Position numbers and translations under genes: made by a program. From Pecten maximus (taxonomy: Eukaryota): a stretch of DNA of 64,000 nt. The notes beneath the pieces are model-generated. The model saw nothing but the letters and a program-made list of their open reading frames with translations, was not told the origin of the DNA and did no database searches. Positions 12,689-24,965 of this stretch are shown here, piece after piece; position 1 is the first letter of the stretch; every line of letters starts with the position of its first letter. The stretch is taken from contig NC_047027.1 of the NCBI RefSeq assembly GCF_902652985.1, positions 7,006,001-7,070,000 of the forward strand, written 5' to 3'.

Positions 12689-13906
12689 ATGAATACTATT
12701 AGTACCGTAACCAGTAAAGTCGTGAGACCCGTCGTCAAATACACACAGGAGACGTTAACACGGGGTCTACAGTCAATGTAAGTAGTAGCTTTAATTCATT
12801 GACACATATTTATTTTATTTGTATTCAAATCCTCAGCTTTTCATCACTTCAGTAAATTATTTTAATATTATATATAGGGAAATCCCTCCATGTGCTGTAT
12901 ATTTGATATTTATCTATTTCTAATATTTAAATAATTACATATATGTTACCGTCTGTATACTTTAATACTGTTATATATATGATAGCTAGAAATATTTCTA
13001 CATTAAGGAAAACGTGTTAAAAAGAATCGTCATCCTTCTAAGTGTCTGCCTCCTTGAGAACTAGCTGGGTAGAATTTCCCCCTCGGCCTATTACCTCGTC
13101 AGACTAAATATTAAATCAGGGGTCACGTATTCGATCTTTAGTGGAGATGCTGAATAAAATAATGACCCCCTGGTATACTTGAAAGAGAGAACAGCCATTT
13201 TTATTTACGTATCGATTGTATAACAATATATTTTGAAATAAAGTTGAAATATTTTTTTTCTGTAGGACTCAAAACAATGGGCAGATAACATCCGCCACAG
13301 GGACCCCGCCCCCCTCTGCTGGCATGTTGAGGGCGTGGCAAACGCTACAGGAGGATAGCTGGGTCACCACCCAACGTCATTTGAGACCCCAACCCACGGA
13401 AACATTCAATACGATGTCGGCCGAGAGAAGTATACTAGGTAAGATAACATTTCAACTTTACTTGATGACATATCACACAGCTGAGGACGCTTACACTTCA
13501 GAAACGCGTGATCGGATTATCCATATTTCGTTATTGTATCGTCATACTCTGTTGATTTTGATACAAGTCAAATGTTTTTCTGCTGTTGTATTGCCAAAAT
13601 TAAAACGACATCGATAGTTATTTCACCTTAAATGGATTTTAAAACGTAGTTTACATTTCAGTATGAATATTGAAATAGAGAATCGGGAGATCGCAAGATT
13701 TATCAAAATAATATCTTTATGTTCATATTACGTCTGATCTAACCCTTTGTTAAGACTCCATGCTCACCACAAATATTTCAGTTAATAGAGTCTGTATAAT
13801 GTCTATTTTAGGATCAAGGAATCTCGGTCTTTTTGAGAAAAATTCGAATTCCGAGGATGTGCAATCCAGCATTCGAGCACTGTTGAAAGGATTTAAATTT
13901 GACTAG
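12689..13906 (+). CDS. Uncharacterised small protein family, paralogue A, 118 aa; exons 12689-12777, 13266-13438, 13812-13906
   Basis: GT-AG introns phases 2 and 1 give MNTISTVTSKVVRPVVKYTQETLTRGLQSMTQNNGQITSATGTPPPSAGMLRAWQTLQEDSWVTTQRHLRPQPTETFNTMSAERSILGSRNLGLFEKNSNSEDVQSSIRALLKGFKFD*; structure conserved in 8 other copies. Confidence 0.85.
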
Positions 13907-13929
13907 AGGACAGTGTGGTATCTACTCAG

Positions 13930-14205
13930 GCTTCCACATGGATCTTCCAAGGATTCCACATTGATATCCCCGTGGTTCCACATTGGTATCCCCGGGGTTC
14001 CGCGTTGATCTTCCTAGTATTCCACATTGATATCCCCGGGGTTCCACATGGATCTTCCAAGGATTCCACATTGGAATCCCCGGGGTTCCGCGTTGATCTT
14101 TCCGGCAAAGGACATTGATCTTCACAATATTCCATATTGATCTTCTCAGGAATTACACATGAATATTCCCAGGATTCCACAGCGATTCTCCCAGGATTCC
14201 CCAGT
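13930..14205 (+). repeat. Degenerate ~22-bp GGATTCCACATTG repeat in 3' UTR of A (homologues about 22965-23260 and 28145-28372)
   Basis: Recurrent GG(A/T)TTCCACATTG(G/A)TATCCCC / GATCTTCC units right after the stop codon. Confidence 0.8.
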
Positions 14206-14846
14206 GCAGGCTCCTAGACTCTGAAGTAATATGAATATTGACAGTATCATTGGTGAAGATTGTGGCTGAAATACTGATTTGAATTAAATGAATTCTTGTT
14301 TAGGTTGTAAGGTATGGAATCGAAAAAATGTTTGTTATGTATGAAAATGTCTGTGTTGTATTGAGAGTAAATTATTTTAAGTTGTGAATGGAATGATTGT
14401 TATTGACATTTGTCGTTATTTATTTGCATAGACTGATAACACTTTAAATGTAGAACTCCCCGATGTTATAATATAATAATTAAGTTGGAAGGAATGATTT
14501 TGATGAAAGGAGTCCTATGTGTCAATAGGTTGTGATGGAGTAAACAAAATGGCCGATTATGTTGTGTTTGTTATTGTTCATAAAACGATTGTAAGAAAAT
14601 GTAAATAAATTGTAATGAAATATAATCGATATTCTATGTTTTCATTATAATGAATCTGTATAGATGCTGGGTATTCAGCCTCGTCAACAGCCAAAAAAAA
14701 TTTCATTTGAGGTGGAATGTCAATGTAGCATTTGGTGGCAGCCTCACGGAAAACCGCCCATAACAATCGGAGTTAAATGTCTTGCTCCAGGTCAAATTCA
14801 CAATCGAACTGGATGGTCAATGGTCCCAGCTTCCCCTATAAATATT

Positions 14847-15140
14847 GCGTAAGAATTGTACCTGCTGCCCCAATTGATTTAATAATGAGAGGCGACTAAA
14901 TTTGGGATCTTATCATTTCTCTTCTTTCTCCTCCCTAATGTCTCCCTTGACAATACCTTCCTTTTTGTCCGGTAGTTGAGCGTTCACTCTACAGGAAAAG
15001 TTTGGATTCTGTCCTCTGATCGAGTCATACTGTCAGAGTCTTTAAACACGGTAGTTGCTGCCTCTGCTTAATCCTCAGCATTTTGAGGGATGAGACCATT
15101 GTCTTAAGCAGTATCTTCAGTGACCTAGCACTAAAAGAAA
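14847..15140 (+). mobile_element. SINE fragment (same family as 9435-10130); shorter copy at about 23838-24015
   Basis: GCGTAAGAATTGTACCTGCTGCCCC...GAGGCGACTAAATTTGGGATCTT...GGTAGTTGCTGCC. Confidence 0.7.
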
Positions 15141-15529
15141 GTAGACATTTATATCGCGCTATGGCAAGGACATGAACACGAACAGATACTACAGCCACTT
15201 CAAATCCACATACAGGCATCTCGGACACAGCTAGGAAGAATGACCTTTCACAGCCCATAGAGAAGTTTCATTGATTTGCGTGTTTTAAAATTAGACGTAC
15301 TTATCAACACCATTAGCTATACTACAAATATATATAAATGACGTGTAAAATGTCGTTTTCGTTAATGAATAAAGGAAAGTTGTTGTCTGTGTCTGGTACT
15401 ATACTTGAGCAGGCAAAACTAGTCGGTAATTCAAATATTACGACATGAATTAATAAAACAGAAATATAGCCGGGGTTTATGTATAATGCATTCAGGTAAA
15501 GTTAAAACTACCTTTAAATCATTTCTAGG

Positions 15530-18500
15530 TAAAACTATACGTCAATCAGTTATAGATAAAACTACACGTCAATCAGTTATAGATAAAACTACACGTAAAT
15601 CAGGTATAGATAAAACTACAAGTCAATCAGTTATAGATAAAACTACACGTCAATCAGTTATAGATAAAACTACACGTAAATCAGGTATAGATAAACTACA
15701 AGTCAATCAGTTATAGATAAAACTACACGTCAATCAGTTATGAAAAATACACGTCAAAAAAATAAAAAATGTAAAAACGTTATAGTTTAAATAAAAATCA
15801 GTTAAGATCAAGTTAGTTTTTAAAACAAAATCAGTTAAGATAAAAACTCACATAAATATTATGATAAAAACCGTCCGAAATAAAAAACCCCGTAAAACGT
15901 TAAATAAAAACACTCAAACATTTAGAAAAAACTACACTAAACGGTAAAAAAAAACAATCAACAGTTTAGATAAACCCAAAAAAAATCAGGGGATAAAACC
16001 CCTAATTATTTAGAAAAAAACCGAAACGTTATAGAAAAACTAAAATAAAAGTTTTTATAAAAAACAACGAAAAAAGAAAAAAAAAACCCCTATAGATAAA
16101 AAAACCCGTCAACAGTTTAAAATAAAAATACAAATCTTAAGATAAAACTCAAATCAGTTTAGAAAAACCCCAAAAGTTATAGAAAAACTACAAACAGTTA
16201 AAAAATAAAAAGGGAAAAAAAAAAATTTTAAATTTAAAAACACATGCAGTTTTAAAAAAAACCCCAATCAGTAAAAAAAACACACGTAAAACGGGAAGGG
16301 AAAAAACAAAACCCTTAAGTAAAACCAAATCATTTTTAATAAAAAATACACTCAAGTTAAGAAAAAACCCAAAAAAAAAAAAAAAATTAAAAAATTATAG
16401 ATAAAAACTACAAAAATCAAAATAAAAAACCAGTAATATTTGTAAAAAATACATTAACTTTAATAAAAAACCTATTCGTTTAAAAAAACAAAACTTAAAT
16501 CGGAAGAAAGACACTCAATTTTTTAAAACCAACGTAATCATTTGATAAAAAAATTTTTCATTATCATAAAAACCCAAAAGGGAAATAAAAACCACCAAGT
16601 TAAAAAAACTCCTTTAAACAGTTAAATAAAACAACCTAAACGTTAAGTTTAAAAAAAGAAAACGTTAAAAAAAAACACACGGAAATCAGGGGTAATAAAA
16701 CACACGTAAACATAAAAACACCAAAATCAGTTTTTAGATAAAACAACGTAAAACAGTTATAAAAAATTAAAAAAAATTTTAAAATAAAACCCAAACAGTT
16801 ATTAAAAAACCCCTAATAGTAAGAAAAACAACAAAATTTCCTTATAATAAAAAAAAATTAAACTTAAAAATAAAAATACAGTAAAACATTAAAAAAACAA
16901 GTAATCAGTTATATAAAAAAAACACGTAATCATAAAAAAACCTACAAGAAAAAGTTATAGATAAAATACAGTAATCTTTTGATAAACTAACGAAAACAGT
17001 TTAAATAAAAAAAAATTTATAGAAAAAAACTAAAAAATTTAAAAAAACCCTAATCATTAAAAAAACCAAAGTTAAAAAAAAAAACCCTAAAAAATAAAAA
17101 TTAAAAAATTTTGATAAAATTCACGTAATATTATAGATTTTAAAATAAAAATTAAAAAAAAACCCTGTAAATCAGTTATAGATAAAAAATACAAAACGTT
17201 TAAAATTTTAAAATAAAATTTTTAAAGTAAATGGTAAAAATAAAATAAAAAAACACATAAATTAAAAAAAACAGTAAATAAAAAAATCAAATTTTAAAAA
17301 AAAAAAGAATCTTTAGAAAAAAAAAGAAAACGTTTGAAAAAATCAACAGTTTAAAAATAAAAAAACCAAAAACATTATAGTAATACACAATCAGTTATAA
17401 AACTAACGAAAACAGTTGATAAAAAAACAGAAATCATTTTTAAAAAAAATACCGAAATATAAAAAAAAAAAACATGTCAATCTTAGGATAAAACTCACGA
17501 AAAATTAAAAAAACAACCAATTTTTTTAAAAAAAAAAACCCCTAAATTTAAAAAAAACCAAAAATTTTAAATAAAACAATAAATAATTTTAAAAAAAATA
17601 TAGTTAAAAAAACTCCCTTTTTAAACAGTTATAGATAAAACTAATAAAACAGTTATAGATAAAAAAACCTCATTAAAAAAATTAAAAAAGTAAAAAAAAA
17701 ACAAAATTAAAAAAATAATCAATTAAATAATAAAACTTTGTTTAAATAAAAATTTAAAAAATAATAAACATAAAATAAAAAATAAAATAAATAAAATTTT
17801 AAAAAAAATTAAAAAAATATAGTAAAAAACAGTCAAATTTTTAAAAAAAAAACAAAATAAAAAAAAGTAAAAAATTTAGAAAAATACAGTAATCAGTTTG
17901 ATAAAAAAAATTAAAATTTTGTAAAACTGCAAAATTTAAGAAAAAAAAAATAATCGAAGTAAAAAAAGGCAACAGGGAAAAAAACACATAAACAGGGAAA
18001 AAAAAAAGAAATGTTTAAAATAAAAAAACGTTAAAAAAATTTAAAAAAAAAAAAAAAAAATAAAAAAAAACAAGTCAAAATAAGAAAAACACAGAAAACA
18101 GTTTTGATAAAAAAAAGCAATCAGTTATAGAAAAACTACAGTCAACAGTTTAGATAAACTAACGTAAAAGTTTAGATAAAAACCCAAAACAAAAAAAAAA
18201 AAATTTTAAAAAAATTAAATTTAAATAAACCCTAAACGTTATAGAAAAAAATTCACGCAATAAATTTAAGAAAAACACCAACAGTTTGATAAAAAAAAAT
18301 TAAATCCAAATAAAAAAAACTAACGTAAAACATTAGATAAAAAAATAAAAGAAAATAAAAATTTTTAAATAAATAAAATAAAAAAAAAACCAAAAGTTTA
18401 AAAAAAACACAGAAAAACTTTTTAAAAAATACAAGTCAAACAGTTATAGAAAAAAAAAAAGGGAAAATAATCAATTTAAAAAAAAACCAATCAGGGTTAT

Positions 18501-20400
18501 AAAAAAACTACACGTAAAAAAAGTTAATAAAAAAACCCAAAAAAGGTTTTAAAATAAAAACAGTCAATCAGTTATAGATAAAAACAAAATTTTAAAAAAA
18601 ACTACATTTAAATTTTTAAAAAAAATTAAACATTTAAAATAAAAAAAAAAAAAAAAAAATTTTTAAAAAAATTTTAATAAAAAAACTAATCATTATAGAA
18701 AAAAAAATTTTAAAAAAAACCCAAATAAATTTAAAAGATAAAAACAAATTTTTGTAAAATGGGATAACGGAAAAAAAAAAAATAAAAAAAAATTTAAAAA
18801 ACATTTTAAAAAAAAAAACTACCCTAAATAGTTTTAAGATAAATACAGTCAACAGTTTTATAAAACTAACCTAAATGTTTTAAATAAAAACAGTAATAGT
18901 TTTTAAAAAAAAAACAGTAAAATTAAATAAAACGAAACAATCATTTATAAAAAATACCCCCTTTTTTTAAAAAATGTAAATCGTTTTGTAAAATCACTTT
19001 AAAATTTAAAAAAAAACCCCTAGTTAGGAAAAAAAAAAGGGAAATTTAAAATTTTTTAAAAAAAATTTGAAAAAAAAAAAATTTTTAATAAAAAAATCCC
19101 CCCTTTTAGATAAAATACACAATCGTTTAATAAAACTACACGAAATCAGTTAAAAAAAACTACACGTAAAAGTTAAAAATAAAACTTTCTCGGGAAAAAA
19201 ACCCCAAAAAAGTTAAAAAAACTACCCTTCAATCAGTTAAGGGAAAAAAACCGTAAACAGTTTAGATAAAAAATACATAAAGTTATGATAAAAATACACG
19301 TAATCAGTTATAAAAAATAAAAAAGTTATGATAAAACTACAATAATCATTATAGATAAAAAAATTTTATTAAGATAAATAAGCAATCAGTTTAATTAAAA
19401 TCAAAATTAGTTTAAAAAAAATACATCTATTTAAAAAAACTACCGAAAAAAGTTTGATAAAAATACGTAATGTTATTAAAAAAAAATTTAAAATTTAGTA
19501 AAATTCATTAAAAATTTAAAATTGTTAAAAAGTTTGATAAAAATCCGTTAAAGAAGTAAAAAAAATTAAAAAATTTTAAAAAAAAATATAAAAAAAAAAA
19601 AATCAGAAAAATTATAATAAAACAAGTTATTAAGTAAAACCCAAAAAAAAAACTAAACAGTTTGAAAAAAAAAGTTCGTTAAGAAAAAAACACCAAATTT
19701 TTTTTAAAACTCATAAAGTTTAAAAAAACAAAAGTCAACGAAGTTTAAAAAAAATTTAAACGATTTAAAAAAACAGAAAAATTTTAAATAAAATACCGTA
19801 AATTTTTAAAAAAAACAAAATGTCAATAGTTTAAAAAAAACAAAATTTCGTTTGAAAAAAATTTTTATTGAAATAAAAACCAAAAATTTTAAAATTTTAA
19901 AAAAAGTTTCTTTTTAAAAAAAATTTCCGATGAAAAAATAAAAACTTTGATAAAAACCAAAAAACAGTTTAAAAAAACACCCAAAAATTTATAATTTAAA
20001 AAAAAATAAAAAAAGTTTTTTAAAATTAAAAATTTTAAAAAACTACTACCCCTTTGATAAAAAAAAAAGGAAAGGTTTAGAAACATTTCATCCCCTTTTA
20101 AAAAAAAAAAATTATTAAAAAATCCGTCAACAGGGGGAAAAAATTTTAAACATTTAAAAAACGAATTTAGTTATGATAAAAAATGCGTTTTTAAAAACTT
20201 TGTTAAAAAATTAAAAGTTTTTTTTAAAAAAATTTATAACAAAATAGATAGTTTTTTTTTTAAAAAAGATAAATTTTAAAAAAGGCCCCTTTAAATAATC
20301 ATTATTTTCCCCTTAAATTTTTTTTTTTTTGGGTTTTTTGAATTTCCCACAGTTAAAAAAGTTATAGCAAAACTACACAAAATTTTTTTTAAAAACAAAT
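15530..20400. repeat. 27-bp satellite (CGTCAATCAGTTATAGATAAAACTACA), clean to about 15745, then highly degenerate and A-rich
   Basis: Fragments such as ATCAGTTATAGATAAAA persist throughout the A-rich tract; clean counterpart at 24030-24965. Confidence 0.85.
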
Positions 20401-20754
20401 TTTTATTAAGACAAAAACATATAACCATAGTTTCGATATAATGAATTAAATGTTACGCAACACGTAAACTTCATTATTGATTTATTTATTTACCTGCGAT
20501 ATGTTAGAAAAGTGCATCCCATCCCAACAGTAACACCGGAACAAGCGGATTTTATCTAAATTTAGAACGGGGATTTCTGTACGCACAGAAATAAACTACG
20601 TATATACGCATAAAATCTCTTCGTATGCATTCAAATGAATCTGAATTATGACATTTTAAACAGAAAAATACATATATTCCTCGGGGTTCATATAAATAAT
20701 AAATTCATCTTGACTTGCGACTTTATACACCCAATATTTCAAGTTTGGTACAAT

Positions 20755-20948
20755 ATTAGTTTCTTATAGATAGTACCCTGTCTTTTGATACTTCCGATGA
20801 GTATGTACCCAGACTTGTGACTTCACACCTTATATTCTGAGTTTGTTACAATATTACTTCCCACGAGTTAGTATCCACACTTGTGACTTCACACCTTATA
20901 TTCTGAGTTTGGTACAATGTTACTTCCCACGAGTTAGTACCCAGACTA
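20755..20948. repeat. ~66-bp tandem repeat upstream of B (homologue about 25730-26012 upstream of C, with one more unit)
   Basis: CTTGTGACTTCACACCTTATATTCTGAGTTTG... at 20814 and 20880. Confidence 0.8.
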
Positions 20949-21303
20949 CATACTCATCATTGTTCTATTTACCTGGTATGTTTGTGTAGATAATCTATGT
21001 TCATAACTGTTACACAAGGAAACTTATCCGACAAAAACAACTTCGGCGTCATGGACCGGTTACTGTTCTTCTATTTCTATATCATATCAAAACTTGAAAT
21101 ATCTGTAGGCATTAGTGATCACGAATGCGTCCAAATTTCTGGGATTTTTTAGAAAAAAAAGTTTGATTTTTGTTGTTGTTGTTTTTAAAAAATTTACTTA
21201 GATCTTATCAAGTGTAAACGGTAAATGAAAAAGAATAAATAAAAAAAACTGATTGGAATCTGATTGTAATAAAGTTACATTTAAAACTAATCATTAATGT
21301 TTC

Positions 21304-21351
21304 GGGATTTTCCCATGATATTTTTTATCTAAATATAGAACGGGGATTCCT
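21304..21351 (+). promoter_or_regulatory. kappaB-like + MEF2-like + kappaB-like module upstream of B (homologues 26376 for C, 36531 for D)
   Basis: GGGATTTTCC (21304), CTAAATATAG (21329), GGGGATTCCT (21342). Confidence 0.55.
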
Positions 21352-21697
21352 TTTCAGAAATAGCCTACTAACGCTTTCCACGGTAAAGATGACACAACAC
21401 TGCCGTATTTAAACGAGCCTGTTTATGTTAAACAAGTATTTATCTAAAGTTCTATGACTTATTTCATAGTAAAATAGTTTACAATCCAAAATATGTATAT
21501 TAAACCTTGGTATCCAAATGTCAACAAGTAAGAATCACTCGTTCTGTAAAGTTTCACTAAGGTCATCTCATTTTTCAATGCGTCATATGCGAAAAGGAAA
21601 ACCCACTGAAAACCGCGGTGTCTATATATAGATATACGAACGTATAAATAGGGAAGAGTACAGGGATGCTATATCACAAACACCACTGATACCAGAC

Positions 21698-22941
21698 ATG
21701 AATACTATTAGTAGTGTAACCAGTAAAGTCGTGAGACCCGTCGTCAAATACACACAGGAGACATTAACACGGGGTCTACAGTCAATGTAAATAGTAACTT
21801 TAATTCATTGACACATATTTATTTTATTTGTATTCAAATCCTCAGCTTTTCATCACTTCAGTAAATTATTTTAATATTATATTTAGGGAAATCCCTCCAT
21901 GTGCTGTATATTTGATATTTATCTATTTCTAATGTTTAAATAATTACATATATTACCGTCTGTATACTTTAATACTGTTATATATATGATAGCTAGAAAT
22001 ATTTCTACATTAAGGACAACGTGTTAAAAAAGAATCGTCATCCTTGTAAGTGTCTGCCTCCTTGAGAACTAGCTAGGTAGAATTTCCCCCTCGGTCTATT
22101 ACCTCGTCAGACTAAATATTAAATCAGGGGTCACGTATTCGATCTTTAGTGGAGATACTGAATAAAATAATGACCCCCTGATACACCAAGTATACTTGAA
22201 AGAGAGAACAGCCATTTTTATTTACGTATCGATTGTATAACAATACATTTTGAAATAAAGTTGAAATATTTTTTTTACTGTAGGACGCAAAACAATGGGC
22301 ACATACCATCCGCCACAGGAACCCCGCCCCCCTCTGCTGGCATGTTGAGGGCGTGGCAAACGCTACAGGAGGATAGCTGGGTCACCACCCAACGTCATTT
22401 GAGACCCCAACCCACGGAAACATTCAATACGATGTCGGCGGAGAGAAGTATACTAGGTAAGATAACATTTCAACTTTACTTGGTGACATATCACACAGCT
22501 GAGGACGCTTATACTTCAGAAACGCGTGATCGGATTATCCATATTTCGTTATTGTATCCTCATACTCTGTTGATTTTGATACAAGTCAAATATTTTTCTG
22601 CTGTTGTATTGCCAAAATTAAAACGAAATCGATAGTTATTTCACCTTAAATGGATTTTAAAACGTAGTTTACGAAACATTTTAAGTTACATTTCAGTATG
22701 AATATTGAAATAGAGAATCGGGAGATCGCAAGATTTATCAAAATAATATCTTTATGTTCATATTACGTCTGATCTAACCCTTTGTTAAGACTCCATCCTC
22801 ACCACAAATATTTCAGTTAATAGAGTCTGTATTGTGTCTATTTTAGGATCAAGGAATCTCGGCCTTTTTGAGAAAAATTCGAATTCCGAGGATGTGCAAT
22901 CCAGCGTTCGAGCATTGTTGAAAGGCTTTAAATTTGACTAG
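21698..22941 (+). CDS. Family paralogue B, 118 aa; exons 21698-21786, 22284-22456, 22847-22941
   Basis: Near-identical to A with open frame; exon-1 donor is GTAAAT. Confidence 0.82.
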
Positions 22942-24029
22942 AGGACAGTGTGGTATCTTCTCAGGCTTCCACATGGATCTTCAAAGGATTCCACATTGGT
23001 ATTCCCGGGGTTCTGCGTTGATCTTCCTAGTATTCCGCATTGGTTTCCCCGGGGTTCCATATTGATCTTCTCAGGATTCCACATTGGTATCCCCGGGGTT
23101 CCGCGTTGATTTTCCAAGGATTCCACATTGGTATCCCCGGGGTTCCGCGTTGATCTCTCCGGCAAAGGACATTGATCTTCACAGTATTCCATATTGATCT
23201 TCCCGGAATTACACATGAATATTCCCAGGATTCCACAGCGATTCTCCCAGGATTCCCCAGTGCAGGCTCCTAGACTCTGAAGTAATATGAATAACTGCTT
23301 TGTATTCAATGAATTCTTGTTTAGGTTGTAAGGTATGGAATAGAAAAAATGTTTGTTTTGTATGGAAATGTCTCTGTAGTATTGAGAGTAAATTATTTTA
23401 AGTTGTGAATGGGATGATTGTTATTGACGATTGTCGTTATTTATTGTCGTAGACTGATAACACTTTAAATGTAGAACTCTCCGATGTTATCAAAGGAGTC
23501 CTATGTGTCAATAGGTTGTGATGGAGTAAACAACATGGCCGAGTATGTTGTGTTTGTTATTGTTCATAAAACGATTGTAAGAAAATGTAAATAAATTGTA
23601 ATGAAATATAATCGATATTCTATGTTTTCATTATAATGAATCTGTATGGATGCTGAGTATTTAGCCTCGTCAACAGCCAAAAACATTTTGTTTTAGGTGG
23701 AATGTCCTTGTAACAAATAACAAATGGTGGAAGCCTCACGGAATACCGTCCATAGCAATCGGAGTTAAATGTCTTGCTCAAGGTCAAATTCACAATCGAA
23801 CAGGATAGTTAAAGGTCTCAGCCCACTATAAATATTGCGTAAGAATTGTACTAGCTGCCCCAATTGCTTAAATAGTGAGAGGCGACTAAATTTGAGATAT
23901 TTTCTCTTCTTTCGTAACGACTTTCTTCTTCCTAATGTCTCCCTTGAAAATACCTCACTTCTGGCCTTTAGTTGAGCGTTTACTCTTACTCGAAACGTTT
24001 TGGTTCTGTCCCCTGATAAAGTTACAGTT

Positions 24030-24965
24030 ACAGATAAAAACTACACGTCAATCAGTTATAGATAAAACTACACGTAAATCAGTTATAGATAAAACTACAC
24101 GTAAATCAGTTATAGATAAAACTACACGTCAATCAGTTATAGATAAAACTACATATAAATCATTTATAGATAAAACTACACGTCAATCAGTTATAGATAA
24201 AACTACACGTAAATCAGTTATAGATAAAACTACACGTAAATCAGTTATAGATAAAACTACACGTCAATCAGTTATAGATAAAACTACACGTAAATCAGTT
24301 ATAGATAAAACTACACGTAAATCAGTTATAGATAAAACAACATGTAAATCAGTTATAGATAAAACTACACGTCAATCAGTTATAGATAAAACTACACGTC
24401 AATCAGTTATAGATAAAACAACATGTAAATCAGTTATAGATAAAACTACACGTAAATCAGTTATAGATAAAACTACACGTCAATCAGTTATAGATAAAAC
24501 TACACGTCAATCAGTTATAGATAAAACTACACGTAAATCAGTTATAGATAAAACTACACGTCAATCAGTTATAGATAAAACTACACGTAAATCAGTTATA
24601 GATAAAACTACACGTAAATCAGTTATAGATAAAACAACATGTAAATCAGTTATAGATAAAACTACACGTAAATCAGTTATAGATAAAACTACACGTCAAT
24701 CAGTTATAGATAAAACAACATGTAAATCAGTTATAGATAAAACTACACGTAAATCAGTTATAGATAAAACTACACGTAAATCAGTTATAGATAAAACTAC
24801 ACGTAAATCAGTTATAGATAAAACTACACGTCAATCAGTTATAGATAAAACTACACGTCAATCAGTTATAGATAAAACTACACGTCAATCAGTTATAGAT
24901 AAAACTACACGTAAATCAGTTATAGATAAAACTACATGTAAATCAGTTATAGATAAAACTACACG
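24030..24965. repeat. 27-bp satellite, about 35 clean copies, followed by a short 21-bp repeat (to about 25065)
   Basis: Exact 27-nt periodicity; source of the 395-aa RQSVIDKTT ORF. Confidence 0.97.

Noticed and set aside
18634-20086. Phe-rich minus-strand ORFs
   Set aside because: Artefacts of the A-rich degenerate tract.
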